Virus record (IMG/VR): IMGVR_UViG_3300008259_000014
Coordinates: 38,311 to 102,310 of that record
Length of the DNA stretch: 64,000 bases
Source: a virus
Direction: 5' to 3' (one strand)
Shown: positions 9,496 through 19,305 of the stretch, one piece after another
How positions within the stretch are numbered: the first letter of the stretch is position 1
How the letters are laid out: each line of letters begins with the position of its first letter
Notes under the pieces: generated by a model
Seen by the model: the letters and a program-made list of their open reading frames with translations, nothing else
Told to the model about the DNA's origin: nothing
The model's database searches: none
Position numbers and translations under genes: made by a program

Positions 9496-9736
9496 TAAAA
9501 GTACCCTTATTTTTCTTTAGTTCTGCTAATTCATAAATTAAAGAAAGATTATTATCAATAATTGTAATTTTTGTGGTAGGGTCAAGCTCAGACCAATATA
9601 TTATAATGTCTTCTACAGGAAGACTACAGAATTCTTTGTGAATCCTTTTTTCTTTTTCACTGTAAGATACTGAAAGGTTTCTTACTCCAGCTCCTACTAT
9701 ATATTTAAGACAATTTTCTTTTACTGAATCTTCCAT
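9488..9736 (-). CDS. Hypothetical protein
   Basis: GGAG RBS before MEDSVK. Confidence 0.55.
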   Translation of the reverse strand: MEDSVKENCLKYIVGAGVRNLSVSYSEKEKRIHKEFCSLPVEDIIIYWSELDPTTKITIIDNNLSLIYELAELKKNKGTFND

Positions 9737-9746
9737 GTTTATCTCC

Positions 9747-9781
9747 AAAAAAAAATGGACGGCGAAATATCAACCGTCCAT
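9747..9781 (-). terminator. Intrinsic terminator after groEL
   Basis: ATGGACGG/CCGTCCAT stem plus T-tract. Confidence 0.7.
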
Positions 9782-9811
9782 AAATTCCCACAGCCCTCGA
9801 TCAGGTTTTTT

Positions 9812-11419
9812 TTAATCCTTGGTTTGTTCCTTTTCAAAAATTGTAACTTCCGTTGTCAACAGCGTTCCGCAGGCGGAAGCAGCGTTTTGCAACGCAGATC
9901 TTACAACCTTTAATGGATCAATTACCCCAAGAGATACCATATCATCTGAAAATACATTGTTTAATGCATCATAGCCGCAATGAACATTTCCACTTTCAAT
10001 TATCTTTTCCATGACTAAAAATGGATTCTCAACACCTGCATTTTTCATTATCTGCAAGAATGGAGCCTTGATTGCCTTCTCCATTATATCAAAACCGACA
10101 GCCTCTTCGGGAGATAGCTTAGAAGCCATTTTAACCTCTTTTAGGCGCTGTACGCAGTGAAGCAGGGCAGATCCACCACCAGATACGATTCCCTCGTCTA
10201 TTGCCGCCCTGACGGCATTAATAGCGTCTTCTACTCTATCCTTTCGCTCCTTCATTTCAGCTTCGGAAACTCCACCAACCTTGACGACTGCTATTGCGCC
10301 AGTTAATGCTGATAGCCTCATCCTTAAGCTTGCTAGCTGAAAGTCAATCATAGATGGGTCTTGTAATTGGCTTTTCAAGGCATCAACTCTTTGAGCTACT
10401 GACTCTGCTGAGCCACCACCGTCTATAATTGTTGTATTATTCTTTGTAACAATAACTTTTCTTGCCGTTCCAAGTGCAGACTTATCTGCATCTCTTAATA
10501 GATCAACCTCCTCTTGGGTAAAGAATGTTGCTCCGCAAAGAACTGCTATATCAGATAGCATGTCCCTTCTTATATCTCCAAATCCAGGTGCTTTTATAGC
10601 ACAACAATGCAAAGAACCTTTGGCCCTATTGACAACTAGGGTTTGAAATGCCTCACCATCTACGTCTTTAGCAATAATTAAAATTTGCTTTCCAGACTCA
10701 GAGACTGATTGCAGTATTTTTAAAATATCTTTTGAGCTTGAAATTTTTCCATCATATACCAGAATATATGGTTTATCAAACTCTACAGTCATTTTTTCAA
10801 AATTATTTATAAAGTTTGGAGTTAGATACCCTCTATCAATATCTACGCCATCTGAGTATACAATTCTTGTCTCAGATCCAGTTGCATCTTCTACTGTTAT
10901 AGTTCCATTGTTTCCAACTGTTGAGACTACCTCTCCAACAAGAGAGCCTAAGTCTACATCGTTATTTGCAGATATGATCGCAACATTTTTAATCTCATCG
11001 TCATTAGAAACCTTACTTCTAATTGAGGAAAGCTTTTCTACTACTGCGGCAGTAGCCTTATCTATTCCTCTTTTGATTAAAACTGGATTGTGACCTGCCG
11101 CAACAAGCTTAGCTCCCTCGTTGTATATTGCTTGGGCCAAAACAGTTGCAGTGGTAGTTCCATCTCCAGCGGTTGCATTTGTAGCAGATGCTACAGCCTT
11201 AATTAGCTGGGCTCCCATATTTTTTACCTTGTCATCTAAATCTATAGCTCTTGCAACTGTTACACCATCTTTTGTAATTAAAGGTGGTCCGTATTTTCTC
11301 TCTATTGCGGCGTGTCTACCCTTTGGTCCAAGAGTTGCTTTGACTGCATTTGCTAGTATATCAAGACCCTCTTGCAGTCCGTTTCTTGCCTCTGCGGCAA
11401 ACTTTACATCTTTACTCAT
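9812..11419 (-). CDS. groEL: Chaperonin GroEL
   Basis: TLGPKG, ITKDGVTVA, GDGTTT, KAPGFGD, KDRVEDA; no GGM tail. Confidence 0.97.
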   Translation of the reverse strand: MSKDVKFAAEARNGLQEGLDILANAVKATLGPKGRHAAIERKYGPPLITKDGVTVARAIDLDDKVKNMGAQLIKAVASATNATAGDGTTTATVLAQAIYNEGAKLVAAGHNPVLIKRGIDKATAAVVEKLSSIRSKVSNDDEIKNVAIISANNDVDLGSLVGEVVSTVGNNGTITVEDATGSETRIVYSDGVDIDRGYLTPNFINNFEKMTVEFDKPYILVYDGKISSSKDILKILQSVSESGKQILIIAKDVDGEAFQTLVVNRAKGSLHCCAIKAPGFGDIRRDMLSDIAVLCGATFFTQEEVDLLRDADKSALGTARKVIVTKNNTTIIDGGGSAESVAQRVDALKSQLQDPSMIDFQLASLRMRLSALTGAIAVVKVGGVSEAEMKERKDRVEDAINAVRAAIDEGIVSGGGSALLHCVQRLKEVKMASKLSPEEAVGFDIMEKAIKAPFLQIMKNAGVENPFLVMEKIIESGNVHCGYDALNNVFSDDMVSLGVIDPLKVVRSALQNAASACGTLLTTEVTIFEKEQTKD

Positions 11420-11438
11420 AAATTCTCCTTTATATATT

Positions 11439-11633
11439 TTATAAACAAACTTCTGATGTATCTAGATTTGTTCCATCATCTATGCAAATTCCAGTATCCA
11501 ATGGTGGATTATAGCAACATGATTCTGATGTATTTATCTCACTATTACCACCAAAATTACAAGTGCTAAAAATTGAAAGTATTAACAATACTATCATAAC
11601 ATCTCTTATAAATTTTGATACAAACTCATCCAT
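11439..11633 (-). CDS. Small membrane/secreted Cys-containing protein
   Basis: Hydrophobic N-terminal stretch; AGGAG RBS. Confidence 0.5.
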   Translation of the reverse strand: MDEFVSKFIRDVMIVLLILSIFSTCNFGGNSEINTSESCCYNPPLDTGICIDDGTNLDTSEVCL

Positions 11634-11676
11634 AATAACTCCTTTTTCTAGACAATTATACCATATAGCCAAAACT

Positions 11677-11705
11677 AAAAAAGGAGGGATTTAGATCCCT
11701 CCTTT
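11677..11705 (-). terminator. Intrinsic terminator
   Basis: AAAGGAGGGAT/ATCCCTCCTTT stem plus T-tract. Confidence 0.75.
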
Positions 11706-11736
11706 GAATAATTCTATATTTTACTTAGCATCAGAA

Positions 11737-12063
11737 TCATTCTGATTCGCTCAACTCTAGCTTATCTTTCTCTTCCTTTTCCTTCTTTAGATCTTCTGCT
11801 CTTTGCATTCTTTTTAGCCTACCATTTGCTCTCTCAGCAGCAAAAACAATTTCATCTTCCGACAGAGGAAGAGCTAGAAAATAAAACAAAGACCTTGCGC
11901 CGTCATACATATTACCCTCCAGCGCCTGAATCTCCTTCTTAAGTCTATTTATGGTAAGTAAATCATTAAGTACGCCCACTGCGGCCTCAATCATTTCCTT
12001 GTCAACACACTCATCGACTGTATCTCTAAACTTGTTTAGCTCTATTGCGCTCTTGATTTCCAT
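11737..12063 (-). CDS. Hypothetical protein
   Basis: 108-aa ORF. Confidence 0.6.
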   Translation of the reverse strand: MEIKSAIELNKFRDTVDECVDKEMIEAAVGVLNDLLTINRLKKEIQALEGNMYDGARSLFYFLALPLSEDEIVFAAERANGRLKRMQRAEDLKKEKEEKDKLELSESE

Positions 12064-12096
12064 CTTGTACTCTCTTGATTTGTGGTTAATGAAAAA

Positions 12097-13197
12097 TTAT
12101 TTTTTTATTTTAAATCTTTTAAATGGTAGACTTTCAAATGTCTCTTCCACTAGAGAACTGGAAAAGTTTAAGGGTTTTTTATCTATAAAGCAATTAACAT
12201 TTTTTCTATCTAAGAAAAGTTGTAAAACGTTTTTGTAATTATCATTATTTAAAAGAAACAATATAAATGATTTATCAATATTTTCAAGATCTAAAAGTTT
12301 TAAAACCCTATCATGTGCTGTAAAGCTTCTTACAAATGCATTTAGATTTCTCTTATCAAGATAGTGCGTATCAGTTGTTGGTTCTGCAGTCCCAAATTTA
12401 ATAGTCGCAGGGGTTAGTGCTGTTAAATTTGTTATTGATGGCACTAGTATAGATAGTGGTTCATCTATAGTCTTGGAAACCTCTAGGTGATCTATACATT
12501 TCGTTAATGAACCCACCATATAATCGCACACAGCCTTTGTAGGCTCAAGATTGTATCTTGATTGATATTTTAAGTATCTAATGCAATTGTATGCAAGGCT
12601 GCCGGGATGTCCATCTAATCTTGAATTGAAATTTTCGGAGAAAGATAATTTTAAGTTGCTAAAATCATCTACAGCAGACTGGTGAACATATAATATGTTA
12701 TTATTCCAGGCAACTTTGCAAATATTCAAATCAAATTCATTAATAAGATTTTCTACAGATGTAACCTTATTTCTCATAACCTGAATGGTTTCCTTTTCGG
12801 ATTCTGAGGCTACAAGGAAGGTTGTTGCAAACTTACTCTTCTTTATGCAAGAAATAAGCATTTCTCTAGTATCTTGAGTGGTTGTTATATCAATAATATC
12901 ATCTTTATTAGATAACCTCATTACATCAAGTAATGCATATCTAGTTGTAGATTTTGCACCATCAACTAACCATACATCAATATCTCCGTATTTTATTCTT
13001 TTATTCTTGCCAAGACTTTTAAGTAGCATATTAAGATGCAAGTCATAGTTTGCATCTTTAATCATAAAGTATTCTACAAATACAGAAAGAGGAAATCCAC
13101 CGGCTACTACAATCCCCGGATCTATTAATTCTTTAGGGAGAAGATGTGTAATAAGTTTATTTACAAAATCATTTTCAATTTTTAGGACCTGACTCAT
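12097..13197 (-). CDS. Pol-beta-fold nucleotidyltransferase (CCA/poly(A) polymerase head-like)
   Basis: VVAGG, GDIDVW, FDLNICK motifs. Confidence 0.6.
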   Translation of the reverse strand: MSQVLKIENDFVNKLITHLLPKELIDPGIVVAGGFPLSVFVEYFMIKDANYDLHLNMLLKSLGKNKRIKYGDIDVWLVDGAKSTTRYALLDVMRLSNKDDIIDITTTQDTREMLISCIKKSKFATTFLVASESEKETIQVMRNKVTSVENLINEFDLNICKVAWNNNILYVHQSAVDDFSNLKLSFSENFNSRLDGHPGSLAYNCIRYLKYQSRYNLEPTKAVCDYMVGSLTKCIDHLEVSKTIDEPLSILVPSITNLTALTPATIKFGTAEPTTDTHYLDKRNLNAFVRSFTAHDRVLKLLDLENIDKSFILFLLNNDNYKNVLQLFLDRKNVNCFIDKKPLNFSSSLVEETFESLPFKRFKIKK

Positions 13198-14203
13198 GAG
13201 AACTAACTCCAAGCATTATTTGTCGAGAAAAAATGCAATAGCCTATATTGCATCCTCCAGTGGTATTATAATCAGGAGGGCCAACGTCGGCAACACATTA
13301 ACTGATGGGGAAAAGAAAAAATGGCAGAGCCTGTTAGAGGCCTGCGATAAGCCCGCTTATAGCGTTGTGCCTTTGGACAAACTTGGAGAAGAGATAAATA
13401 ATAGTATTGCAAGCGGAATCAAAAAAATCTATAACTCTCTTAAAGAGATTACAGGCTCTATAATAGATCCAGAAAACTCTTACCAAGCAAGAACTGCAAA
13501 AGTAAATAAAATAAAGGCATTCTACAATATATCAAAATATAGTGGCAGAAAAGAAGATCTGCAAAAGGAAGCTATATCATTTGGAGATATATTTGGCAAA
13601 GGTATGATGGGAATAGGTATTATTACAGATTTAATACTATTTGGTAAAAATCTTTACGAGACATATGAAAATGGAAAAAAATTATTATACTCATTACCAT
13701 TGCAAAAATGGGGAATAGATAATGCTGCAATCCCACTTCCAAATTTTGTAAAGGAAAATGGAAAAAAATTAGAAACACTTATAAATCAAAACAAAGAATC
13801 ACCAGAAGCATTGTCAGAGCTTTTAGAAATCTCAAAAACCTTGAAGGCATATAGTAGTGATTTTATAGGAATGCTTGCAAATACTATTTACTTATTTCTA
13901 GATGTTGTAGACCTGGCAGTTGCAGCAGGATCTGCAATGGTTTTAAAGCCATTGACAGGCTGGGTAAATTTGCTATTAGCACTACCTATAATAGGGTATG
14001 AGATAGCAAATGAAACTATCGTAGAGGAAAGTTTTGGCAGCCCAATTGATCTTATCAAAGATATATGCGGCAATCATTTATATCAAGAGAGCAAATCTGA
14101 GGAATATTCAGAAACACAAACCAATAAATCAGAACGCTATATAACCATAGAAGATATTGAAAGACTGAGAGCAGATAGGGCGCTTAAGACAATGGTAAAC
14201 TAA
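13196..14203 (+). CDS. Hypothetical protein with hydrophobic segments, possibly virion-associated
   Basis: 335-aa ORF ending at a bidirectional terminator. Confidence 0.6.
   Translation: MRTNSKHYLSRKNAIAYIASSSGIIIRRANVGNTLTDGEKKKWQSLLEACDKPAYSVVPLDKLGEEINNSIASGIKKIYNSLKEITGSIIDPENSYQARTAKVNKIKAFYNISKYSGRKEDLQKEAISFGDIFGKGMMGIGIITDLILFGKNLYETYENGKKLLYSLPLQKWGIDNAAIPLPNFVKENGKKLETLINQNKESPEALSELLEISKTLKAYSSDFIGMLANTIYLFLDVVDLAVAAGSAMVLKPLTGWVNLLLALPIIGYEIANETIVEESFGSPIDLIKDICGNHLYQESKSEEYSETQTNKSERYITIEDIERLRADRALKTMVN
13265..13293 (-). promoter_or_regulatory. Sigma70-like promoter TTGCCG-17-TATAAT inside the opposite-strand gene
   Basis: Near-consensus hexamers and spacing. Confidence 0.65.
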
Positions 14204-14230
14204 AAAAGGCGGGTATATACCCGCCTTTTT
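14202..14230. terminator. Bidirectional terminator
   Basis: A6-GGCGGGT/ACCCGCC-T-tract between convergent genes. Confidence 0.85.
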
Positions 14231-14231
14231 A

Positions 14232-14645
14232 TTATGAAACTTTTATAGAGACTTTTGCAGATTTTTCGGCCTTGACTTTTCTTGGAATTTTAACAGAGAG
14301 AAGTCCATCCTCTACTGAGGCAGTTGCTGATGCAAGGTCCAGCAAAGATTCAGTAAGTAGCAATCTAGAGGCAACAGGCTTTGCATCCACTCCCTTGTGT
14401 GGGCTAGCCTTTACGACTAAATAACTATTTTGAAATGAAACATCTACATTGTTTTTGTTACAGCCTGGAACATCAAGTGATGCAATAAAGATTCCATCAA
14501 CCTCTTTATATCTAAAGAGATTGGTTGAAAAAGAATCAACCAAATCTTTAAATGCTTTATCATTTTCAAGGGATTTCGAGACACCTTCAAGAATATCTTG
14601 AAAATTTCCTTGGTATGTATAGAATTTATCAAAATGTTTGTACAT
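14232..14645 (-). CDS. Small heat-shock protein (Hsp20/alpha-crystallin)
   Basis: LDVPG..., ASVEDGLLSVKIP, C-terminal IxV. Confidence 0.85.
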   Translation of the reverse strand: MYKHFDKFYTYQGNFQDILEGVSKSLENDKAFKDLVDSFSTNLFRYKEVDGIFIASLDVPGCNKNNVDVSFQNSYLVVKASPHKGVDAKPVASRLLLTESLLDLASATASVEDGLLSVKIPRKVKAEKSAKVSIKVS

Positions 14646-14706
14646 TACTACTCCTTTTTGTTTTATATTTAGACACTAATTAATCACATAAATAAAAATT
14701 AAGCAT

Positions 14707-15459
14707 CTATTTGCTATTAGCTTCTAGATACAAACTAATTATATTATGGAAAAAGTTATGAACTTTTGAGATTTCAACTATCTGCTTGTTAACTAAAACT
14801 GCCGGACAATCTATTGTGTTTATAACGCGCTTTGTACTAAATGGCGAAAAGTCTAATTCTAGTAGCGGAAGCTTGTCATGAGAAAGTACTGCCCCAATGT
14901 ATATAGGGTTACTATATATTCCCTTCATTATCTCCATAAGACCTATTACATTGTCAAATGTATTTATATGCGTTTGCGATAATACACAGATTTCTGCTGC
15001 TAGCACAACTTCATCTGGATGACTGGAAACTTTTTCCAACTTAAAACTATGTATATCTATACAAGATTCGACTGCAAAATTTATCATATCATGAAATTCC
15101 TGTTCATAATTAAATAAACTGTCAATATCATAATTGATACGTAATGTTAATTGCGCCCCAATTGAAAGACTTCCTAGAGCATTTGAATTATCAGCAATAA
15201 GCTTTTTTAAGTCACTTCTAGCGGATAAGACTCCATCTGACTCAACTACTGACAGTGCAATAAAGTTATTAGCATTAGAGCCAGATTTTTTTATAACACT
15301 AAAAGGAATCAAGATTTTTTGATTATTAAATGTACCAAAAAATACACTCTTAAGCTTATTATAAACTTGTTTTGTAGTTAGATCAGTACCTCGCAATACA
15401 ACGCCTACTTTGGATCTGTCATCTATTGATAGATACTCAACAATTCTATAATCACTCAT
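14707..15459 (-). CDS. Hypothetical protein
   Basis: 250-aa ORF. Confidence 0.6.
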   Translation of the reverse strand: MSDYRIVEYLSIDDRSKVGVVLRGTDLTTKQVYNKLKSVFFGTFNNQKILIPFSVIKKSGSNANNFIALSVVESDGVLSARSDLKKLIADNSNALGSLSIGAQLTLRINYDIDSLFNYEQEFHDMINFAVESCIDIHSFKLEKVSSHPDEVVLAAEICVLSQTHINTFDNVIGLMEIMKGIYSNPIYIGAVLSHDKLPLLELDFSPFSTKRVINTIDCPAVLVNKQIVEISKVHNFFHNIISLYLEANSK

Positions 15460-16285
15460 CTTTTATATTTTCCAAGGTGTTTATAAATGAATTAAAGTAT
15501 TTTTCATTTATCATTGATTTTAAATTTAATGATTCAAATAGATTGAAAATTTTATCGGAATCAAGAATACCATTGTAAAATAATATAGTATCTTTCTCTT
15601 CTTTTAAATCTGCAAACTTTACAAGATTATATGAATGATCGTACTCCTGCTTAAATACTGGATTTTTAAGCTTTGCATTCAAAATTGACTTGTCTTTAAG
15701 CATTTTTACAGCTCCAACTTTTCCAACTCCCTTTACACCAGGTATATTATCTGTCTTGTCACCAACAAGAGCCTTATAGCTAGTATAGTCAACATCCATT
15801 CTTTGCCTATAAGCTTTCTCTATTGGATTCCAAAGAGAGACCTTATCGGATAAATCAAGAGTTTGAATAAAGTCAGTATCCGAAGAAATAATGACTTTTT
15901 CTCCGTAAAGAGTTGTTGCCAGGTAATTAAGTATGTCGTCACACTCATGATCTGGGTGATATACAGTAATAAATGGAAAGAATTCTTTTACTGAATCAAT
16001 TATTATTCTTTTTTGTTTGTGAAAGCTTTGCCAATATTCTAATTCTTCTTTAGTTGGATCTACAAGCTTTCTATTACCCTTATACTCAGAGTCCATCTCA
16101 AGCCTTTTCTTTGGCTTTCCGTCAAGAATAAAGTAAACTCTTTCTGGGGAAAAGGTATCTAGTATTGGCTTTAAAGATTTAAAAAAGTTATATACAATCT
16201 GATTTTCGCCATCTGCTAGGCCGCCGCCCCAATTAAATCTGGAGCGATGAATTAAATTATAGCTATCTACTAGTATTTTTGTCAT
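15452..16285 (-). CDS. 5'-3' exonuclease/flap endonuclease (PolA N-terminal/T4 RNase H-like)
   Basis: LVDS, YKGNR, ECDD, SSDTDF, GDKTDNIPGVKGVG. Confidence 0.92.
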   Translation of the reverse strand: MTKILVDSYNLIHRSRFNWGGGLADGENQIVYNFFKSLKPILDTFSPERVYFILDGKPKKRLEMDSEYKGNRKLVDPTKEELEYWQSFHKQKRIIIDSVKEFFPFITVYHPDHECDDILNYLATTLYGEKVIISSDTDFIQTLDLSDKVSLWNPIEKAYRQRMDVDYTSYKALVGDKTDNIPGVKGVGKVGAVKMLKDKSILNAKLKNPVFKQEYDHSYNLVKFADLKEEKDTILFYNGILDSDKIFNLFESLNLKSMINEKYFNSFINTLENIKDE

Positions 16286-16947
16286 TTAAAATAAAGAACC
16301 TTATTTTTTGAGCCATTAATTGTCGATGCATTTCCATGGACTTTAAACATTACTACTATATCTTTTGTTTTAGAATCAACCCTGCATAAGGTACAGTCAT
16401 TACATGATATATCCTTCTTGCCTGGAACACCATGTCTAGCTGGGCATATAACTGCTTTTTTACCAGCCAGCATTGTTGATTTTGGAACATTGCCATCTGC
16501 AATAATTGTAGCGGCCCAACCCATATTTGAAGCCTCTTTTAAGTCATCTATATCATTACATGATGCTCTAAAATAATTTTTTAGAGGCTGGGAGCTTTTC
16601 TCCCTCCAGGTATGAGTATACCCAACATTTATAAGTCCGGCATTTTTAACTTCTTCACATTCTTTTATCGTCATATCAACATCGTCAACAACATCTCCGG
16701 CAACCCTATGCCTTGCAATCTTTGCAGTCTTAGCCCTAGATGTTAAAGCCTGCTTTAAAGACTTTGGCTGCAAGACTCCATTGGATATCTTTCTGCCTAA
16801 ATTTCTAAGGTAGAATAAGCCCCACGCATAACAGCCTCCAGTTTTCAACTGACATGAATCTGGACATGATTCCAATGGAGAGTAGCTTGCTAAAACTTCA
16901 CCTATTTTCTTATCACTTGACTTTGATACCCAATGTACTTTTCTCAT
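16282..16947 (-). CDS. Cys-rich putative Fe-S protein
   Basis: SCPDSC...GCYA, RHRVAGD, CPA...CNDCTLC. Confidence 0.55.
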   Translation of the reverse strand: MRKVHWVSKSSDKKIGEVLASYSPLESCPDSCQLKTGGCYAWGLFYLRNLGRKISNGVLQPKSLKQALTSRAKTAKIARHRVAGDVVDDVDMTIKECEEVKNAGLINVGYTHTWREKSSQPLKNYFRASCNDIDDLKEASNMGWAATIIADGNVPKSTMLAGKKAVICPARHGVPGKKDISCNDCTLCRVDSKTKDIVVMFKVHGNASTINGSKNKVLYFK

Positions 16948-16959
16948 TAAACCTCCATT

Positions 16960-17003
16960 AATATTAAGGCAGGCGTAGTTTTTTCTACGCCTGCCTTAAT
17001 ATT
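16960..17003. terminator. Long perfect inverted repeat (terminator or processing hairpin)
   Basis: AATATTAAGGCAGGCGTAG / CTACGCCTGCCTTAATATT. Confidence 0.7.
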
Positions 17004-17014
17004 GTTTGTGTTTT

Positions 17015-17263
17015 TTACTCTGCTGAATCTACATCTTCGCTCAAAGCCTCATTTAGGAAGGCTCTCAAAGCTCTGGCTTCGCGGATGTTCATTCTTACGG
17101 TTGGATCAACAATTCTCCAGTCTTCAGACTTCATAGTGATAGTGAGGTTGTTGCTACCAGCAGCCTTTGCAGGATTGCCGTTAACAATAGAGAATTGAGC
17201 GCCCTTGGTTGACTTGGTCTTAGAAACAATTTTTGCTTGAGTGGTTTGTACAGTGTTTGACAT
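17015..17263 (-). CDS. Hypothetical protein
   Basis: AAGGAG RBS. Confidence 0.65.
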   Translation of the reverse strand: MSNTVQTTQAKIVSKTKSTKGAQFSIVNGNPAKAAGSNNLTITMKSEDWRIVDPTVRMNIREARALRAFLNEALSEDVDSAE

Positions 17264-17273
17264 TTTTATCTCC

Positions 17274-17615
17274 TTAGTGGTTGTTTTTTAGCAATTCGGG
17301 ATCTAGTCCCCAGTGATCTTTAATAACGCCTAGCCGCTTTAGGCTTCTGAAGTTAATTTTTGCGGCAGTACCCTCTTCCTTGTCTTCAATCTTCTTAGTA
17401 GTATCCTCTCTTGAACCTAATAGACCTGGAACTGTTGCAAGTATTTCTGCAACCTTAATTCCATGCTCTGCACTTATTACGGCTAAGTGACCTAGCAGCA
17501 TTATTGCTAGCACATCTGTTTTTTGCATACCATTTAAATTTGCATCTTTGAGAACTTTAGACAATGATTCTATTAGCTCAATATATTCCTTCTCAGAAAG
17601 GATATTTTTTGACAT
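17274..17615 (-). CDS. Hypothetical protein
   Basis: Coupled ORF. Confidence 0.6.
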   Translation of the reverse strand: MSKNILSEKEYIELIESLSKVLKDANLNGMQKTDVLAIMLLGHLAVISAEHGIKVAEILATVPGLLGSREDTTKKIEDKEEGTAAKINFRSLKRLGVIKDHWGLDPELLKNNH

Positions 17616-17848
17616 TACCAGTCCAAATATACAATACTGTTTATTCCGACTGTTTTTCTTGCACCAGAGTCAGCTCGATAAGTTACTGTAAGGTAATTTT
17701 GGTCTGAAGAAACTACATTACCCCACTCTCTTTTACCATAGACTTGCGCAGCCATTCTTGAGCCTGGTGTAAAGTCTACGATATTAAAGCAGAAGTGCTC
17801 ATCCCAACCGTTTGGTAGTTCATCTTCCCATCTATCTTGTGAATCCAT
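17615..17848 (-). CDS. Small SH3-like hypothetical protein
   Basis: First gene after a promoter; beta-rich pattern. Confidence 0.5.
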   Translation of the reverse strand: MDSQDRWEDELPNGWDEHFCFNIVDFTPGSRMAAQVYGKREWGNVVSSDQNYLTVTYRADSGARKTVGINSIVYLDW

Positions 17849-17902
17849 TTTAATCACCAATTTTTATTTGTTAATTCGCTCGTGGACCCCGTCCACGACT
17901 AT

Positions 17903-17930
17903 AGTATAGTCGGGCATTTCTAGGCGGCAA
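17903..17930 (-). promoter_or_regulatory. Sigma70-like promoter TTGCCG-16-TATACT with A-tract and 5' hairpin
   Basis: Hexamers, upstream A-tract, TCGTGGAC/GTCCACGA hairpin at the transcript start. Confidence 0.65.
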
Positions 17931-17946
17931 TATTTTTTTTTGCCGC

Positions 17947-18891
17947 CTAGAAAGATTCCATTCTTGCGGGCAAAATTAGCTTTGTGTAGTTGATCAAAGC
18001 TAGCTCTTTTTCTTTTGCTTCGATCATACAGTCGAATTCATAATCATAGGTATTAATTAGACCTGTGATATAATCAGAATGAGCTTGTGGTTTTGATCCA
18101 TCATTATAATGATCACATCTGGATTCACTATAATGAGTGGCAGGGGTTATAGATCCCCATGTACTAAGAGATAGCTCTAAAGCATCTTTTTCGCTTAGAC
18201 CTCCGCTGCAAAATTTATGATGATGGTAATCAAATACAATTGGAATTCCAGATCTTGAATATATATCTTTATATAGCTCTATAGCAGAATAAAGACCTTC
18301 TTTATCATCATTTTCCACTGTTAATCTTTTTTTAACACTATCTGATAATCTATCAAAATTTGTTAAAAACGTATTTAACGCTACAGCTTTGTCATCATAA
18401 GCTGCGCCAACATGTATATTAATTTTATTATAAGGAGTCTGTGATAGACCAATTAAATCAAAGATCTTTCCATGATTTTCAAGATCCTTAATAGTGTTTA
18501 ATACTACACTTTCAGATGGAGACGATAGCTTATTAAATGGACCAGGATGTGATGTAAGCCTTTGTCCATATGAATTAGCTAAATTTCCGGCCAACTTTAG
18601 ATTAGCAGAGATTTCCTCTATATCTGGCATATCATCTATCTCATAGTGTGAAGCCCATGGAAATATGTCAGAGCTTAATCTGTAAAATTTAATATTATTA
18701 ATTTGATTCCATTTTATAATTTTAACCAAGTCTTCACAATTTTGCAAAGCTAACTTGGAGGCATATTTAATACCCTTCTCATCGAAGGTCTTTTTTATCA
18801 TAGTCCTATTTGTAGTAACTTTGTTTTTGGCCGGAACATTATTAGACAGGGTCATATTTATACAGGCATATCCATATCTATTTTTTTGCAT
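17947..18891 (-). CDS. uvsE: UV-damage endonuclease
   Basis: GYACIN, FYRLSS, HPG, ENDD, FDYHHH, HSD, EAKxKE. Confidence 0.93.
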   Translation of the reverse strand: MQKNRYGYACINMTLSNNVPAKNKVTTNRTMIKKTFDEKGIKYASKLALQNCEDLVKIIKWNQINNIKFYRLSSDIFPWASHYEIDDMPDIEEISANLKLAGNLANSYGQRLTSHPGPFNKLSSPSESVVLNTIKDLENHGKIFDLIGLSQTPYNKINIHVGAAYDDKAVALNTFLTNFDRLSDSVKKRLTVENDDKEGLYSAIELYKDIYSRSGIPIVFDYHHHKFCSGGLSEKDALELSLSTWGSITPATHYSESRCDHYNDGSKPQAHSDYITGLINTYDYEFDCMIEAKEKELALINYTKLILPARMESF

Positions 18892-19305
18892 TTATTCCTC
18901 TAATTTTATTTTTTCAACTTCAATATTGGACAATTCCAATATATTCAATCCTTCCTCTGAATATAATTCATTATAAATAACTTTATTTATATTTGCATTA
19001 ATAATTGCTTTGGCACACATTTCGCATGGCGAATGTGTGACATACATTATTTTTTTATGATTTGATCCATAATCTAGCTTTATTAGAGCATTAACTTCCG
19101 CATGAATAAATCCTGATTCACCAGGATACATAGATGCTCTTTTATTTTTACCGCCTTTTTCATCGCCATTATATCCAAGAGCCAAAACTCTTGTATTATC
19201 CTCTGAAACTATTATGCATCCAACTTTTGTTTTTTCATCAGAAGATCTTAATGAAACAAGATTTGCCATATTTATCCATAATGTATTCCAAGATATTCTA
19301 TTCAC
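18892..19305 (-). CDS. dCMP deaminase
   Basis: GYNG, HAEVNA, SPCEMC. Confidence 0.88.
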   Translation of the reverse strand: MNRISWNTLWINMANLVSLRSSDEKTKVGCIIVSEDNTRVLALGYNGDEKGGKNKRASMYPGESGFIHAEVNALIKLDYGSNHKKIMYVTHSPCEMCAKAIINANINKVIYNELYSEEGLNILELSNIEVEKIKLEE

